64,000 bases of DNA from an uncultured virus (IMG/VR IMGVR_UViG_3300037488_003672) (Duplodnaviria > Heunggongvirae > Uroviricota > Caudoviricetes), in the IMG/VR virus record IMGVR_UViG_3300037488_003672; one strand, given 5' to 3'. This document shows, one piece after another, positions 1-10,370 of this stretch; positions within the stretch are counted from its first letter, which is position 1; every line of letters starts with the position of its first letter. Under the pieces are notes generated by a model. That model was not told the origin of the DNA, searched no databases, and saw nothing but the letters and a program-made list of their open reading frames with translations. The translations under genes were made by a program, and so were the position numbers.

Positions 1-126
1 CGAACCCAAGAAAGAAGCAATCGAACCCAAGAAAGAAGCAATCGAACCCAAGAAAGAAGCAATCGAACCCAAGAAAGAAGCAATCGAACCCAAGAAAGAA
101 GCAATCGAACCTAAGAAAGAAGCAAT
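1..126 (+). repeat. 21-bp tandem repeat x6, coding EPKKEAI
   Basis: cgaacccaagaaagaagcaat repeated; last unit has one substitution. Confidence 0.95.
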
Positions 127-1438
127 TAATCCGTTGGATGCTTTTAAACCACAAGAAAAAGCAATAAAAACAGAAGCGAAACGTGATTTCAGAGATATTA
201 AACTCCCCCTTAAAACTAAAATTGAACAAAAGAATAAAGCAATAATCCCAAAAACACTCCCCCCGACCATAACTGGATCAATTGAAATTCCTTCGGAAAT
301 TTTCACCAAAATTAATGAAGACGAATTAAAAAAAGTTCAAATGAATACAACTAAAAATGCAAATCAACCCACTAAACCATTGGATTCCCAAACGCCTAAA
401 AAAACTACCCCAACTATCGAAAAATCAGATAAGAAAATAGAAGAAACAATTGAAACCAAGATTATTTTTAAAAATCCTAAACAGATGGATTATGCAATTA
501 TCGAATTGAATAATACCAATAAAGAAAAGGAATTAATGCTATTAGAAAAAAAACTGCAATCTAAATCAATTCTCTTAGAAGTGAAAGAAAAAGAGTTATT
601 AATTAAAGAAGAATCAATCGCAAACGAACTTCAGAACTTACGAAAAGAAGAAGAACGCTTAAGAGGTCATACTAAAATCGATAAAGTAATCATTTTATTG
701 CGAGAACTAAAAGACGATATTATCATAAAGAATCTGGATGAAGAACAATTACAATTGAAAGGACTAAAAAGTGATTCGATTAATTCTCTATCGAAAAAAA
801 TCATAAGAAATTTCTCAAATTATGAATTTTACGTGAAAGATGCAAAATGGGATCAATCTCGAATTATTTTGATACTGAAATATCTTACATTACTTATGAT
901 GAATGAAGAAATAAAACCAAAATTAACACAATTAGAATGGAGAGCGTTTTATAAAATGCGAGGATTGCTTAAAGCTCTTCATGTTCGTTTAAATTTTAAT
1001 GATAATCATATTCACTCAATGAAACCAAAACCATTAGAATTAATGCGAATATTTTCCACATTAGAACCGACTTGTACATGGTTATCTCCATTAGAAACCG
1101 ATCAAGAAGCTGAAAATCTCTCCTATGATAAAGTGATCAAATCATTCAGCGAAGATTTTCTTCTCGAAGAAAAAGTTACCTTCTTTAAAACATTTTTCAC
1201 CGATGAATTTATTGACAAATTGGATTCTAAAATACAAAGCAATTGCTTTGTTCGCCTTCAAACAAGAATGGTTCTCAATCCATCTCAAGTGTTAGATCAA
1301 CTCTCTAAATGGGAAAAGATCAATCCAGAATATAGAAAGAAATTTATTAATTTCTTAGCATCCGAACTCTTACCAACCGAACGAGTTATTATTGCCGAAA
1401 AAGAAATTAAAGAAATGAAAGAACGTGGATTATTATAA
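2..1438 (+). CDS. Hypothetical protein, 5'-truncated by the window edge; (EPKKEAI)n repeat, central coiled coil
   Basis: The frame of ORF 134..1438 stays open back to base 2 (gaa ccc aag aaa gaa gca atc...), so TTG 134 is probably not the true start. Confidence 0.8.
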   Translation, partial: EPKKEAIEPKKEAIEPKKEAIEPKKEAIEPKKEAIEPKKEAINPLDAFKPQEKAIKTEAKRDFRDIKLPLKTKIEQKNKAIIPKTLPPTITGSIEIPSEIFTKINEDELKKVQMNTTKNANQPTKPLDSQTPKKTTPTIEKSDKKIEETIETKIIFKNPKQMDYAIIELNNTNKEKELMLLEKKLQSKSILLEVKEKELLIKEESIANELQNLRKEEERLRGHTKIDKVIILLRELKDDIIIKNLDEEQLQLKGLKSDSINSLSKKIIRNFSNYEFYVKDAKWDQSRIILILKYLTLLMMNEEIKPKLTQLEWRAFYKMRGLLKALHVRLNFNDNHIHSMKPKPLELMRIFSTLEPTCTWLSPLETDQEAENLSYDKVIKSFSEDFLLEEKVTFFKTFFTDEFIDKLDSKIQSNCFVRLQTRMVLNPSQVLDQLSKWEKINPEYRKKFINFLASELLPTERVIIAEKEIKEMKERGLL

Positions 1439-1449
1439 GAGGTTAAAAA

Positions 1450-2226
1450 ATGCCATTGATCGATAATGACGAACTTACTGATTCAATATATGCAAGTTTA
1501 GAAGGGAAAAAAAAAAAGAAAGTTGGACAAATCGATATGCCTAATGTAAAAACCAAAGACACAAATTCGAAAACTCTGAATGCCACAGCTCAAGTCTTCA
1601 ATCAGAAGAAATTTGAAAAACCTACCACAAACGAATTAAATGAATGGTTTGGACATATTAAAGAATTAGCTATCGAAGTTTTTTATATTGAAACAAGAAT
1701 TCAACCAAATTGCGAATATTGCGAAGCATGGAAAAACAATACCTTAGAACGAAAATGGTTAAAAAAAATTAATGAATTATTGGGTATTAATGAATCTTGT
1801 GTTAGCGTTTCTGATGTTTTGTGTGATTGGAATTGTCTTCATGGTGAAGAATATATCGATCCTATCACAAAACAAATGGTACAATACCCATTAGATTTAG
1901 ATCAGATGGGTGAAGACTATTTCTATGCAACGGGAATGGATATTGATTATTTTCCCGCAATTCGTATTAAATTAAAATCAACAAAATATAAGAATGCTAA
2001 AGAGACTTTCGAAGCCATCTTTCAAGGTATTGGTTCCAAGAATGAAGAAGAAATAAAATATCAATTCAATGGCAATATTTACGGAAAAAAGAAAACAGTA
2101 ATACAAGTAAAAATATTAAAATCATTGTTAAAATTCTTAAAATCAATTAGTATTGAAGACTCAGATATGCCGATTCACGAAAAATTCTCGCTTCTTATGG
2201 GACAAGTTCATCGTCATGGAGAATAA
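1450..2226 (+). CDS. Hypothetical protein with CxxC and further Cys/His
   Basis: 258-aa ORF, gagg upstream, follows previous gene closely. Confidence 0.75.
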   Translation: MPLIDNDELTDSIYASLEGKKKKKVGQIDMPNVKTKDTNSKTLNATAQVFNQKKFEKPTTNELNEWFGHIKELAIEVFYIETRIQPNCEYCEAWKNNTLERKWLKKINELLGINESCVSVSDVLCDWNCLHGEEYIDPITKQMVQYPLDLDQMGEDYFYATGMDIDYFPAIRIKLKSTKYKNAKETFEAIFQGIGSKNEEEIKYQFNGNIYGKKKTVIQVKILKSLLKFLKSISIEDSDMPIHEKFSLLMGQVHRHGE

Positions 2227-2374
2227 ATCACGTGAAAAAGACTTTTTTTTCTTCTTTAGCAATATTTATTTACTCAAAAAATATATCGTATTTATGTCGC
2301 ATAAAATTGCAATTTTTCTGACTGGATTATATTTCTTTACGCTGACTTATTTTACCTTTTTCGCAATTCCTCGG

Positions 2375-2725
2375 TTATTTTATTATTATACTTTCGGTTT
2401 TTTTCCCTAAAGAAGATTTTAATAACAATAAACGTTCGATAAACTCTTCATTTTGAGCAATCTGTTTATATACTCTTCCTATTTTCAAAAAGATCTTATA
2501 TCTATGATACTCTTCAATCCAAACGTCAATTGCTTTTTCTAACGATTTAATATTTTCACTATTAAATGCCTTAGATTCAATTATGTCTTCTAAATCAACT
2601 AAAATTTTGTCATACATTTTCTTCTGACGAAGAATAATCAACCAAGACCGATGTTGAATGGTTTCTTGCTTAAATTTTTCAAATAATTCTTTGACAATTA
2701 TCAAATCTGCTTTTCGTATTTGCAT
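2375..2725 (-). CDS. Hypothetical helical protein
   Basis: 116-aa ORF, tandem with 2734..3081. Confidence 0.6.
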   Translation of the reverse strand: MQIRKADLIIVKELFEKFKQETIQHRSWLIILRQKKMYDKILVDLEDIIESKAFNSENIKSLEKAIDVWIEEYHRYKIFLKIGRVYKQIAQNEEFIERLLLLKSSLGKKTESIIIK

Positions 2726-2733
2726 AAATAATC

Positions 2734-3081
2734 TTACTCCTTAAGCTTTTTATTCTTTTTTTTTTTGGGAATCTTCACATTGACTGCACAAATTCTCGCA
2801 AATTCTTGATTTATTAAATGTTTTAATAAATAAATAGGCGTTTTAACTTCAAACTCACGTTGTAAAATAAAAATTCGTTTCAAATATTGAGGAGAAAAGT
2901 GAAAATTCATTGATAAATCCTTATTTTCAAGAACTAAGTCTTTTATCTTCATTTCCCAATAATCTTCCCTACTAATCATTCTCCCCTTATAATAAAAACA
3001 TAATCTTGTTTTTGTTTGCCTTCTTTTAGGTATCTGCGGTTTTTTCTTATTCTTCTTTCTTATTGTCGTCATAAGTCTCAA
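2734..3081 (-). CDS. Small basic hypothetical protein (probable start ATG 3072)
   Basis: Lys/Arg-rich ORF. Confidence 0.55.
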   Translation of the reverse strand: MRLMTTIRKKNKKKPQIPKRRQTKTRLCFYYKGRMISREDYWEMKIKDLVLENKDLSMNFHFSPQYLKRIFILQREFEVKTPIYLLKHLINQEFARICAVNVKIPKKKKNKKLKE

Positions 3082-3374
3082 CTCATTGGAATATGCGTTT
3101 TCATCCGCTTTTTACTCGAAGGAAATCTAAATATTTATCTATTACATAATTAATCTGGATTGAATAATTTAAATTTTTAATTCTTTTGACTATTTTAAAT
3201 TTGACGACTCCAAATTAAAATGAATTGATTCTTATTTTTTAGAACAGTATTATGCAAATGCCCTTTTCTCAAAAAAAAACAAGTAATTTAAAATTCACGT
3301 GGGAAAATAGTTCCAAAATATTTTTAAACTAAAAAAAAGATATAACACATAATCATTTCTATTGAGGATTATTT

Positions 3375-3800
3375 ATGGCAGACTTATCAAAAGGATTAGG
3401 AAGAATCCGTTTTTTAGTTAGTCGAGTAAAAACGATTACTAAAGACAATGTTAAAAAAATAGAAGCAAATAAAAATGAAGACGTGAAGGCAGTTCTCTTA
3501 TATGCAAAAGAACATAAAATTGAGATTATGCCATTGCTCAACTCATTGAAAAAAACAAAAGGCGATATCTCGAAAGAAAAAATGAAAGAACTCGGTTTTG
3601 GCGAAAATGGCAAAAAAGCCGATGGTAAAAAAGCTAAACCCGTTAAAAAATCGGATAGTACAGCATCAAAACTACAAATTTTAGTTCCCACATCTCTTAC
3701 GTGTCCAGATGAAGATAGTTTAGGTAATGAAGTCTTCTTGGTTATCGGAAAAGACGGACTAATGGGTTGCGGAACTATGATGCAAATACCCGCTGATTAA
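3375..3800 (+). CDS. Lys-rich hypothetical protein
   Basis: 141 aa; CACGTG at 3296, tttttaaa TATA-like box, gagg RBS, T-tract after stop. Confidence 0.75.
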   Translation: MADLSKGLGRIRFLVSRVKTITKDNVKKIEANKNEDVKAVLLYAKEHKIEIMPLLNSLKKTKGDISKEKMKELGFGENGKKADGKKAKPVKKSDSTASKLQILVPTSLTCPDEDSLGNEVFLVIGKDGLMGCGTMMQIPAD

Positions 3801-3908
3801 TACAATTTCTTTTTTTCTAATTTTACTAAAATAAATCAACAAAAACATTAATAAAGTTATTATACTAATTTAGAAACAATGAATTAAAATTAGTTATTCA
3901 TGTGAGAA

Positions 3909-5207
3909 ATGAAAAACTCGTTTGGGATAATTATGGGAAATAAACAAATTGTAAAAGCTCGAATTATGGATTCCAATACCATATCCGAATTTACTTCAGC
4001 AGTTAAACCACTCCGAATTAAAAAGAAGGATGGAAAACCTAAAACTGCTAAAACTGAAGTAATCGAAACAGAAAAAGAATCTCAACCACATCAAAAAATA
4101 CAAATAATTCTCTCCGTATTAGGTGTATTGGGAATAATTGGATCACTGATCCTTAGCACAATTGATGCGTTATGGTTTTATATAACCTTAGTAGCAACCA
4201 CTTTAATCTTAGTTGTTGATTTAACGTTATATTTTAAAAATAACACATCCAACCTCACCGAGAACGAAAAATCGTCTATGAAACTTGCACTAAAAGCAAT
4301 GAATCCAGTTGATAAACGCTTAATTAGTCTCATCTTTATTGGAATACTCGCCAGTAGTATTACTTTAATTGTTGCAGAGATGTGTTATGAAATAACTATT
4401 GAAGTCACTATGTGTGTAGTTGCAATTTTAGAATTAACAATAGGAACAACAATTTACGATAGATTAACCGATGCAAAAAAGAACCCCACCAAATATGCTA
4501 ATTTTCATCCAAAATATCATTTAGCACAAGGTATCATTGTTATGATCTTATTCTTCTTCGCAATACCTACATTATGTGGAATTGATTTATTTTCCTATCT
4601 TAATCTTGAATTAGGTTCGTACAGCTCAGTTAATATCACATATAATCTGATTATGACCTTAGTTGCAATGTCGGGAATCATGGGAATTTTACAAATGAAA
4701 AACACTTTTACTGAAGTTGGCGATTATGATAAAACTTCTTTAATCCGATTCTTAGCAATGATCTTATTACCAATTACAGCATTAATGATATTCCCTATTT
4801 CTTCTCAAACAATTGAACAAGGGGTTATCTTAGGAGCTATTGGAGGATTTGATTATTTCAATGGAATTTTATTATCAATTACTCAATCTCCATATACCTT
4901 ATTTTCGATGGTAGTAATTGTCTTGGGTTCTTTAACAATTATTGTTGGAAAAGCTCAAGGAAAATCTGGATCTGGGTTAATGTCAGTCGGAGCTTTAGGA
5001 ATGGCTGGAGTACCTATGATCATCACCGTTATGGCTTTTATTGGACAAGTCCCAGCTCCCCCCGAATTTTATTCATTATTTGGAGAAGGATTTGCAGAAT
5101 TAATTTATGCAATTTCATATACAACGGTTATCAGTCTTGCTCTTGCCTTAGTCGGTGTATTCTATGAAGTAGTTCCTTCAATCGCAAGTGGTAGCATAGA
5201 CGATTAA
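3909..5207 (+). CDS. Multi-pass membrane protein
   Basis: About 10 hydrophobic segments; C-terminal part resembles ORF 7938. Confidence 0.8.
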   Translation: MKNSFGIIMGNKQIVKARIMDSNTISEFTSAVKPLRIKKKDGKPKTAKTEVIETEKESQPHQKIQIILSVLGVLGIIGSLILSTIDALWFYITLVATTLILVVDLTLYFKNNTSNLTENEKSSMKLALKAMNPVDKRLISLIFIGILASSITLIVAEMCYEITIEVTMCVVAILELTIGTTIYDRLTDAKKNPTKYANFHPKYHLAQGIIVMILFFFAIPTLCGIDLFSYLNLELGSYSSVNITYNLIMTLVAMSGIMGILQMKNTFTEVGDYDKTSLIRFLAMILLPITALMIFPISSQTIEQGVILGAIGGFDYFNGILLSITQSPYTLFSMVVIVLGSLTIIVGKAQGKSGSGLMSVGALGMAGVPMIITVMAFIGQVPAPPEFYSLFGEGFAELIYAISYTTVISLALALVGVFYEVVPSIASGSIDD

Positions 5208-5444
5208 ACCACATTTCTTTTTTTTTGATTATTGAATTTTCTTAGAAAAGTTGGGAATGGTTCTTGAAATAAATGGGAATGAAATAAAAATCTTAGAAAA
5301 GTTGGGAATAACAATTCGAGTAATTAATGGGAAAAAATGAATATATAAATTGACGTATATGAATGCGAAAAACTTTGACATGTATTATTTAATCTCTTTT
5401 AAAAAAAAAAATCAATTATTCAATTTCAAAGTGGGAAGATTCTA

Positions 5445-6893
5445 ATGGCTGAAATATTTGATGAAAACGAAGAAATAATTACCAAAGGCTCTATTTTAAA
5501 CAACAATAAATTTGTTTTCTTTATAATTCTTCTCACATTTTCGGTCTTCTTATTGATAAATGGAATATACGCATTAATTTACACTTGTCTTATCGCTTTA
5601 GTCTCCTTCTTCATTATCATAATTGATAATTCATTAGGAAAAAATAACGAACATCGAATGCCCTTTAGAACAATTTTACTTCTAATTTCATTAATCGCAT
5701 GGTTAATTGTTATTGATTATGAAATAATTATATTATTATTCTTATTCGGAGTTATTATTATATTAATCAAATCACCTCAATTAATGAAAAAATATAAAAT
5801 GCTTATTCCAGTATCATTAATTCTCATTATTTTCTTCATTTCAAATTTACCTTCTAATTCTTTCCCTCAAGCTTTTACTATAACAGATCATCAATATAAT
5901 ATCGCATTTCAAAAATACGATAAACGAACAGAAGATTTTTTTTCTCCATATCCTCTCTATGATGCTACTATCGATAAAACATTTAGAAGTCTTATGTTTA
6001 TTGGAATTAGAACCGATATGATGACTGGCTCTGGCGTTTTCAACTGGGATCAAGCCAATATTACAGTTGATGCGTATTTCAATCAATCGGAATTTCAATG
6101 GAATACCACATTTCGATCCTATTTAGTTTATTATGAAGGATTAGTTGAAGATATGGTAATCGACCAAGAATTAGCTGGATACGAATTACTTGACGAAATT
6201 ATTAAATTAGGAGGCTTAACCGAACATTATTTTATCCATCATTCTAATGATTCAATTCATCTCGAAGCTAATCAAATTCACATGGGAACATATTTACTCG
6301 TATTAGATATATTAATTCTTCCAACTGTAAATAATTCATATCTATATACTGATTTTTCGTTTAAAGATTTTGAAAGTCGTTTATTTTATTCAATAAACAA
6401 TACGTTAAATTATGGAGGAATTGCAGATATAAAGGGATATTCTTATTTAGTTGATTATTTAACTCCTCGAACCGAAGCTGAAAACTTATTTGACGATTTA
6501 CTTGGAAATGATATTTGGAATCTTATGTTATTATTCTTTATTGTGTTTGCCTTCTCTCTTTTTGTATCCATATTAACTCGAAAATTTGATGTTGTAAAAA
6601 CAATTAATTGGATCTTATTATGTGTCTTTATTATTGGTCTTTTTGCAGTGATCGCAACGGGAATGGAATCGGTTCCCGATTGGATTACGATTTTATTTAG
6701 GGAACGGAACGGGGCATATATTTGGGGGATTTTTGAGTCTGTTAAATATTGTCTATCTTTGGGAGTTGTTCTTGGGATTATTTTCGCAATAACGGGATTT
6801 GTTGAAAGCCAATTCAAAATGATCATGGTTCAAACTCAATACAAATCATTAGTTGCACAATTAAATAAATTTACTGATTCACGTGAGAAATGA
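5445..6893 (+). CDS. Membrane protein with large central extracytoplasmic domain
   Basis: N- and C-terminal TM clusters flanking a soluble domain with NxS/T sequons. Confidence 0.8.
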   Translation: MAEIFDENEEIITKGSILNNNKFVFFIILLTFSVFLLINGIYALIYTCLIALVSFFIIIIDNSLGKNNEHRMPFRTILLLISLIAWLIVIDYEIIILLFLFGVIIILIKSPQLMKKYKMLIPVSLILIIFFISNLPSNSFPQAFTITDHQYNIAFQKYDKRTEDFFSPYPLYDATIDKTFRSLMFIGIRTDMMTGSGVFNWDQANITVDAYFNQSEFQWNTTFRSYLVYYEGLVEDMVIDQELAGYELLDEIIKLGGLTEHYFIHHSNDSIHLEANQIHMGTYLLVLDILILPTVNNSYLYTDFSFKDFESRLFYSINNTLNYGGIADIKGYSYLVDYLTPRTEAENLFDDLLGNDIWNLMLLFFIVFAFSLFVSILTRKFDVVKTINWILLCVFIIGLFAVIATGMESVPDWITILFRERNGAYIWGIFESVKYCLSLGVVLGIIFAITGFVESQFKMIMVQTQYKSLVAQLNKFTDSREK

Positions 6894-7885
6894 TTTTTAT
6901 GATATTAAAAAAAAGAGATTATATTCTAATTTTGCTAATTATTTTTTTAGCAATATTTCCCTTTCGAAGTCAATTTAATTTAGAAGCTCTTATTCTTTCA
7001 AACATAATCATTGCCGATTTTACAAATTCAAATGTAGGTTTTTGGACTATTATCATTTTAATTAGTATTCTCTCTCTCGTTATATTAAAATGGTTCTTCT
7101 CTCTTTCATCTATTTCTAAGTTTGATAAAGATACGGAAAGAAAATTAGTGTCGGATGATCTATTTATTGTGTTTTTCGGAATATCTGCAATCTTCTATAT
7201 GCTACCAATGACTTTCAAAGCAATAACTGATCCTTATGCAATACTGACCGATAAATATTCTATGTTCATTTGGTTCTCTATCTTATATATTGCAATCCTA
7301 AAGCTTAGTCACGTTTTAGAAATAGTTCGCAATCCGAAAGATAAAACTCGACAATTATTCTATTTAGGCGATAAAAAACAATATTTCGAAATTTTTATTA
7401 TATCTGCTATTGGAATTATTGTATTTCTTCTCATTTCTTTCTTAATCCCCACACTCGAAGCATCTGAAAATGCGTTATTAACGGAAGATGGACAGCAATA
7501 TGTATTATTTATGGCGTTTGTATCTATTCCAACAGAAGAATTTATTTTTAGAGGGCTTTTACTTGATTTAAGTCTTATTGTGGTGAGAGAATTAATTTAT
7601 GATTTGAAAAAAATAGATAGGCAAGATCGAAACATTACTAATAAAATTAATCATAACATTGAAAATCTTTCTTGGTCTATTGCGATCATTCTTTCAAGTG
7701 TTGCATTTGGATTATTCCATTTAGATCGTTATGGATACAATATTTATACCATATTATACTTAATTATTTTAGCAATAATTATGGGGATCTCTCGAAAAAT
7801 AGGAGGATTAACCACTTCTTATGTCATTCATTTAATTAACAATATAATTGCTGTGGGATTATTCGCATCTATTTTTATAATTTAG
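6890..7885 (+). CDS. CPBP family (Abi / type II CAAX) intramembrane glutamic endopeptidase
   Basis: Motifs EEFIFRG, FGLFH and HLINN in a multi-TM protein. Confidence 0.85.
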   Translation: MIFMILKKRDYILILLIIFLAIFPFRSQFNLEALILSNIIIADFTNSNVGFWTIIILISILSLVILKWFFSLSSISKFDKDTERKLVSDDLFIVFFGISAIFYMLPMTFKAITDPYAILTDKYSMFIWFSILYIAILKLSHVLEIVRNPKDKTRQLFYLGDKKQYFEIFIISAIGIIVFLLISFLIPTLEASENALLTEDGQQYVLFMAFVSIPTEEFIFRGLLLDLSLIVVRELIYDLKKIDRQDRNITNKINHNIENLSWSIAIILSSVAFGLFHLDRYGYNIYTILYLIILAIIMGISRKIGGLTTSYVIHLINNIIAVGLFASIFII

Positions 7886-7937
7886 AAATACATATTTTTT
7901 TATTATCAAAAAATAAAGTAATACATAAACCACGTGA

Positions 7938-8702
7938 TTGATTATTATGATAGAATTAATTTCAACTTTTACCTTAATTGGAATGCTGATTGGATTTATC
8001 TTATTTGAAATGTATCATTTATTCAATAATAAAAATGAAACATTTATGACATCCAATTTCAAACGATTTGATATGGATTTTGTTTATTTAATCATTTGGG
8101 GTTTGATTTTTACAATATGTACATATTTTTGGATCATATTTATTACTCATTTTTGGATTGTAATATTATTATTTGCGTATTTATTAATCTCAGAGCGATT
8201 TATTTACAACAATACATATTTTTCAACCAAATCCTTTACCTTCGTTCGAAAAAATTATGCTATTGCAATCATTGCTGGATCTTCGATCATAATGATTTGT
8301 TTTATTGTCTTTAACTTCTTTTCATCACAAATATTTTTAGTAGGGGGAATTTTTGAAGGAGCTGATTGGTTCACATCAACTTTTGTCAATATGGTAAAAT
8401 CCCCTCAAATAGGATCTATTTCAGCACTTATGGTCATTGGGGGATTTGCAGTAGTAATTGGAAAATCAAGAAAAAGCTCGGCTTACGAAACCATTGGATA
8501 TTTCTTAATTATCTCATTACCTATCTTTTCAATATTTAATACATTTCTAAATTCAATAGACGATATACAATTTATCGCAACTGCTATTTACATGGCATTT
8601 CAATCAGAAGGTTTAACGTTAATTGTTTATGTTGTTATTGAAATTATGTTTTATATGTTGCTCTGTTCAATCATTGTCGCTTTCACATCACTTATCGATT
8701 AA
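7938..8702 (+). CDS. Multi-pass membrane protein
   Basis: Hydrophobic 254-aa ORF; shares GxDxF..SP..GK segment with ORF 3909. Confidence 0.8.
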   Translation: MIIMIELISTFTLIGMLIGFILFEMYHLFNNKNETFMTSNFKRFDMDFVYLIIWGLIFTICTYFWIIFITHFWIVILLFAYLLISERFIYNNTYFSTKSFTFVRKNYAIAIIAGSSIIMICFIVFNFFSSQIFLVGGIFEGADWFTSTFVNMVKSPQIGSISALMVIGGFAVVIGKSRKSSAYETIGYFLIISLPIFSIFNTFLNSIDDIQFIATAIYMAFQSEGLTLIVYVVIEIMFYMLLCSIIVAFTSLID

Positions 8703-8716
8703 AGAAGTGGGAAAAT

Positions 8717-9799
8717 ATGTCAAAACCTAAGAAAAAGATTGAGGAAGAAGAGGAAGAAGAGGAAGAAGAGGAAGAAGAGGAAGAAGAGGAAGAAGAGGAA
8801 GAAGAGGAAGAAGAGGAAGAAAATATTTCTAAAAAACCACATATTGAAAAAATTCAAAAAAAACAATCACAAGACATTGGATATTGGTATATTGAAAGAT
8901 CTACCATCGGATTATTCCTCTTTGCATTAGCTACTTTCTTTATTGCGTTAGCTTATAATCAAATCACTGTGGTTAGAGAATATATTGATTGGAATATTGA
9001 ATTTTTATTGGGAAGCTTAGATGTTAAAATTTTAACATACATTATTCTTGTAATTCCATTTTGCATGATTTGGGTAGTAATAGTCATAAAAATCTTCAAA
9101 GCTCTTTGGTCATCTTTTGAATTAGTTAAAATTCGTATTCTTTTAAAGAAAATTCGTATTAATTTTTCCATCTTTGGAGTCTTAAGTACTTTTATCTTTC
9201 TCTATTTCGATCAACCCTTTCTTTCTTTTTATACAATAGGATTCCCAACATTATTTATTATCTTATTTAATGTTTTCATTGACTATTCTAATCTTGAAGA
9301 AGAAGAAAGGCGTATTATGAAAGAAAATGAAAGTTTAAAGAAAATACCAACCGATTTTACACACTTTCAGATTATTTCTTTAACAGTATTAGGAATCATT
9401 GCAATCTTCTATTTTGGTGATTTAACGGGAGATGCTAACGGTTTTAGTTTAACTCTAAACACTTATTTTGATAAAATTGCTTCCGATAGCATAATGTTGA
9501 TTGTCTTCTGTCTCACATTAGCACTCAGTATCTTTTGGTATGCTTCAGTTTTCATTCTAAATTGTTTTTGGGTTATTTTACGTTCCGCAAAGAAAAGCCT
9601 TCGAACATTTTTCATTCTCATCTATTTAATTGGCTTTTTTTATCTCTTAGTTAAATTAATAATGTTTAATTTGTCAAATTACCTTGAAGAACCATATCCA
9701 ACCCTAATATCAATGACTATGAGTTTGACAAGCATTGGTATTCAACGTAATAGTCAAAAGGTTATTGATTGGTATAATGGATTCGGAAAGAAGAAATAA
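8717..9799 (+). CDS. Multi-pass membrane protein with N-terminal poly-Glu
   Basis: 27 consecutive Glu followed by about 8 TM segments. Confidence 0.8.
   Translation: MSKPKKKIEEEEEEEEEEEEEEEEEEEEEEEEEEENISKKPHIEKIQKKQSQDIGYWYIERSTIGLFLFALATFFIALAYNQITVVREYIDWNIEFLLGSLDVKILTYIILVIPFCMIWVVIVIKIFKALWSSFELVKIRILLKKIRINFSIFGVLSTFIFLYFDQPFLSFYTIGFPTLFIILFNVFIDYSNLEEEERRIMKENESLKKIPTDFTHFQIISLTVLGIIAIFYFGDLTGDANGFSLTLNTYFDKIASDSIMLIVFCLTLALSIFWYASVFILNCFWVILRSAKKSLRTFFILIYLIGFFYLLVKLIMFNLSNYLEEPYPTLISMTMSLTSIGIQRNSQKVIDWYNGFGKKK
8741..8821 (+). repeat. Perfect 9-bp tandem repeat (GAGGAAGAA)x9
   Basis: Read directly; encodes E27. Confidence 0.95.
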
Positions 9800-9816
9800 T
9801 ACAAAATGGTGAATGT

Positions 9817-10305
9817 ATGAGTTTAAGAATTAAAAAATTCGACTGGATAAAGCGAAAACAACAATTAAAGAAAAAAGAATGCGAAGAAAAATCGGAATTT
9901 GGCGATTTTACTCAAAATAATCAATACGATCAAAAGTATTCTACTCCCAATGAAAATCACATGCAATTAGACTCTGGGATCTCTTTTCAACATGAAATTA
10001 ATGGAAAAGCAGTAATTACCACTTGTCCCGCAGTTATGGTAATTGATAATCATTATAGTGGAGTTATCGTTGATGAAAAAAATTGTAAAACGGAATTGGT
10101 TGAAAATCAACCTAAACCCAATATAATAAAAATAACCCCTCCTCTCAAATCAAATCAAACGAACATTCCCAAAACACAAAATAATCAACCAATATCTCAA
10201 TCGCATAGAGAGAAAGACGAAGATGAAGAAGAAGACGAAGAGCCAATAAATATTGTCGAAAATAATTTTGAAATTCCAACAAAAAGTTCAAAAACTAAAA
10301 ACTAA
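9817..10305 (+). CDS. Hypothetical, largely disordered protein
   Basis: 162-aa ORF closing the membrane-gene cluster. Confidence 0.65.
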   Translation: MSLRIKKFDWIKRKQQLKKKECEEKSEFGDFTQNNQYDQKYSTPNENHMQLDSGISFQHEINGKAVITTCPAVMVIDNHYSGVIVDEKNCKTELVENQPKPNIIKITPPLKSNQTNIPKTQNNQPISQSHREKDEDEEEDEEPINIVENNFEIPTKSSKTKN

Positions 10306-10326
10306 TTTTTTTCCTAATTAAAATTT

Positions 10327-10370
10327 CACGTGAATACTTTATTAAATGAGAAAACCAAATTATAATTATT
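10327..10370 (+). promoter_or_regulatory. Representative promoter: CACGTG motif, BRE-like GAA, TATA-like TTTATTAA, near-leaderless ATG
   Basis: cacgtgaatactttattaaatg...attattATG; same layout at 23826-23871, 29713-29751, 57065-57105, 63908-63952. Confidence 0.6.

Noticed and set aside
5240..5309. 19-bp direct repeat tcttagaaaagttgggaat x2
   Set aside because: Real but only two copies with no supportable function
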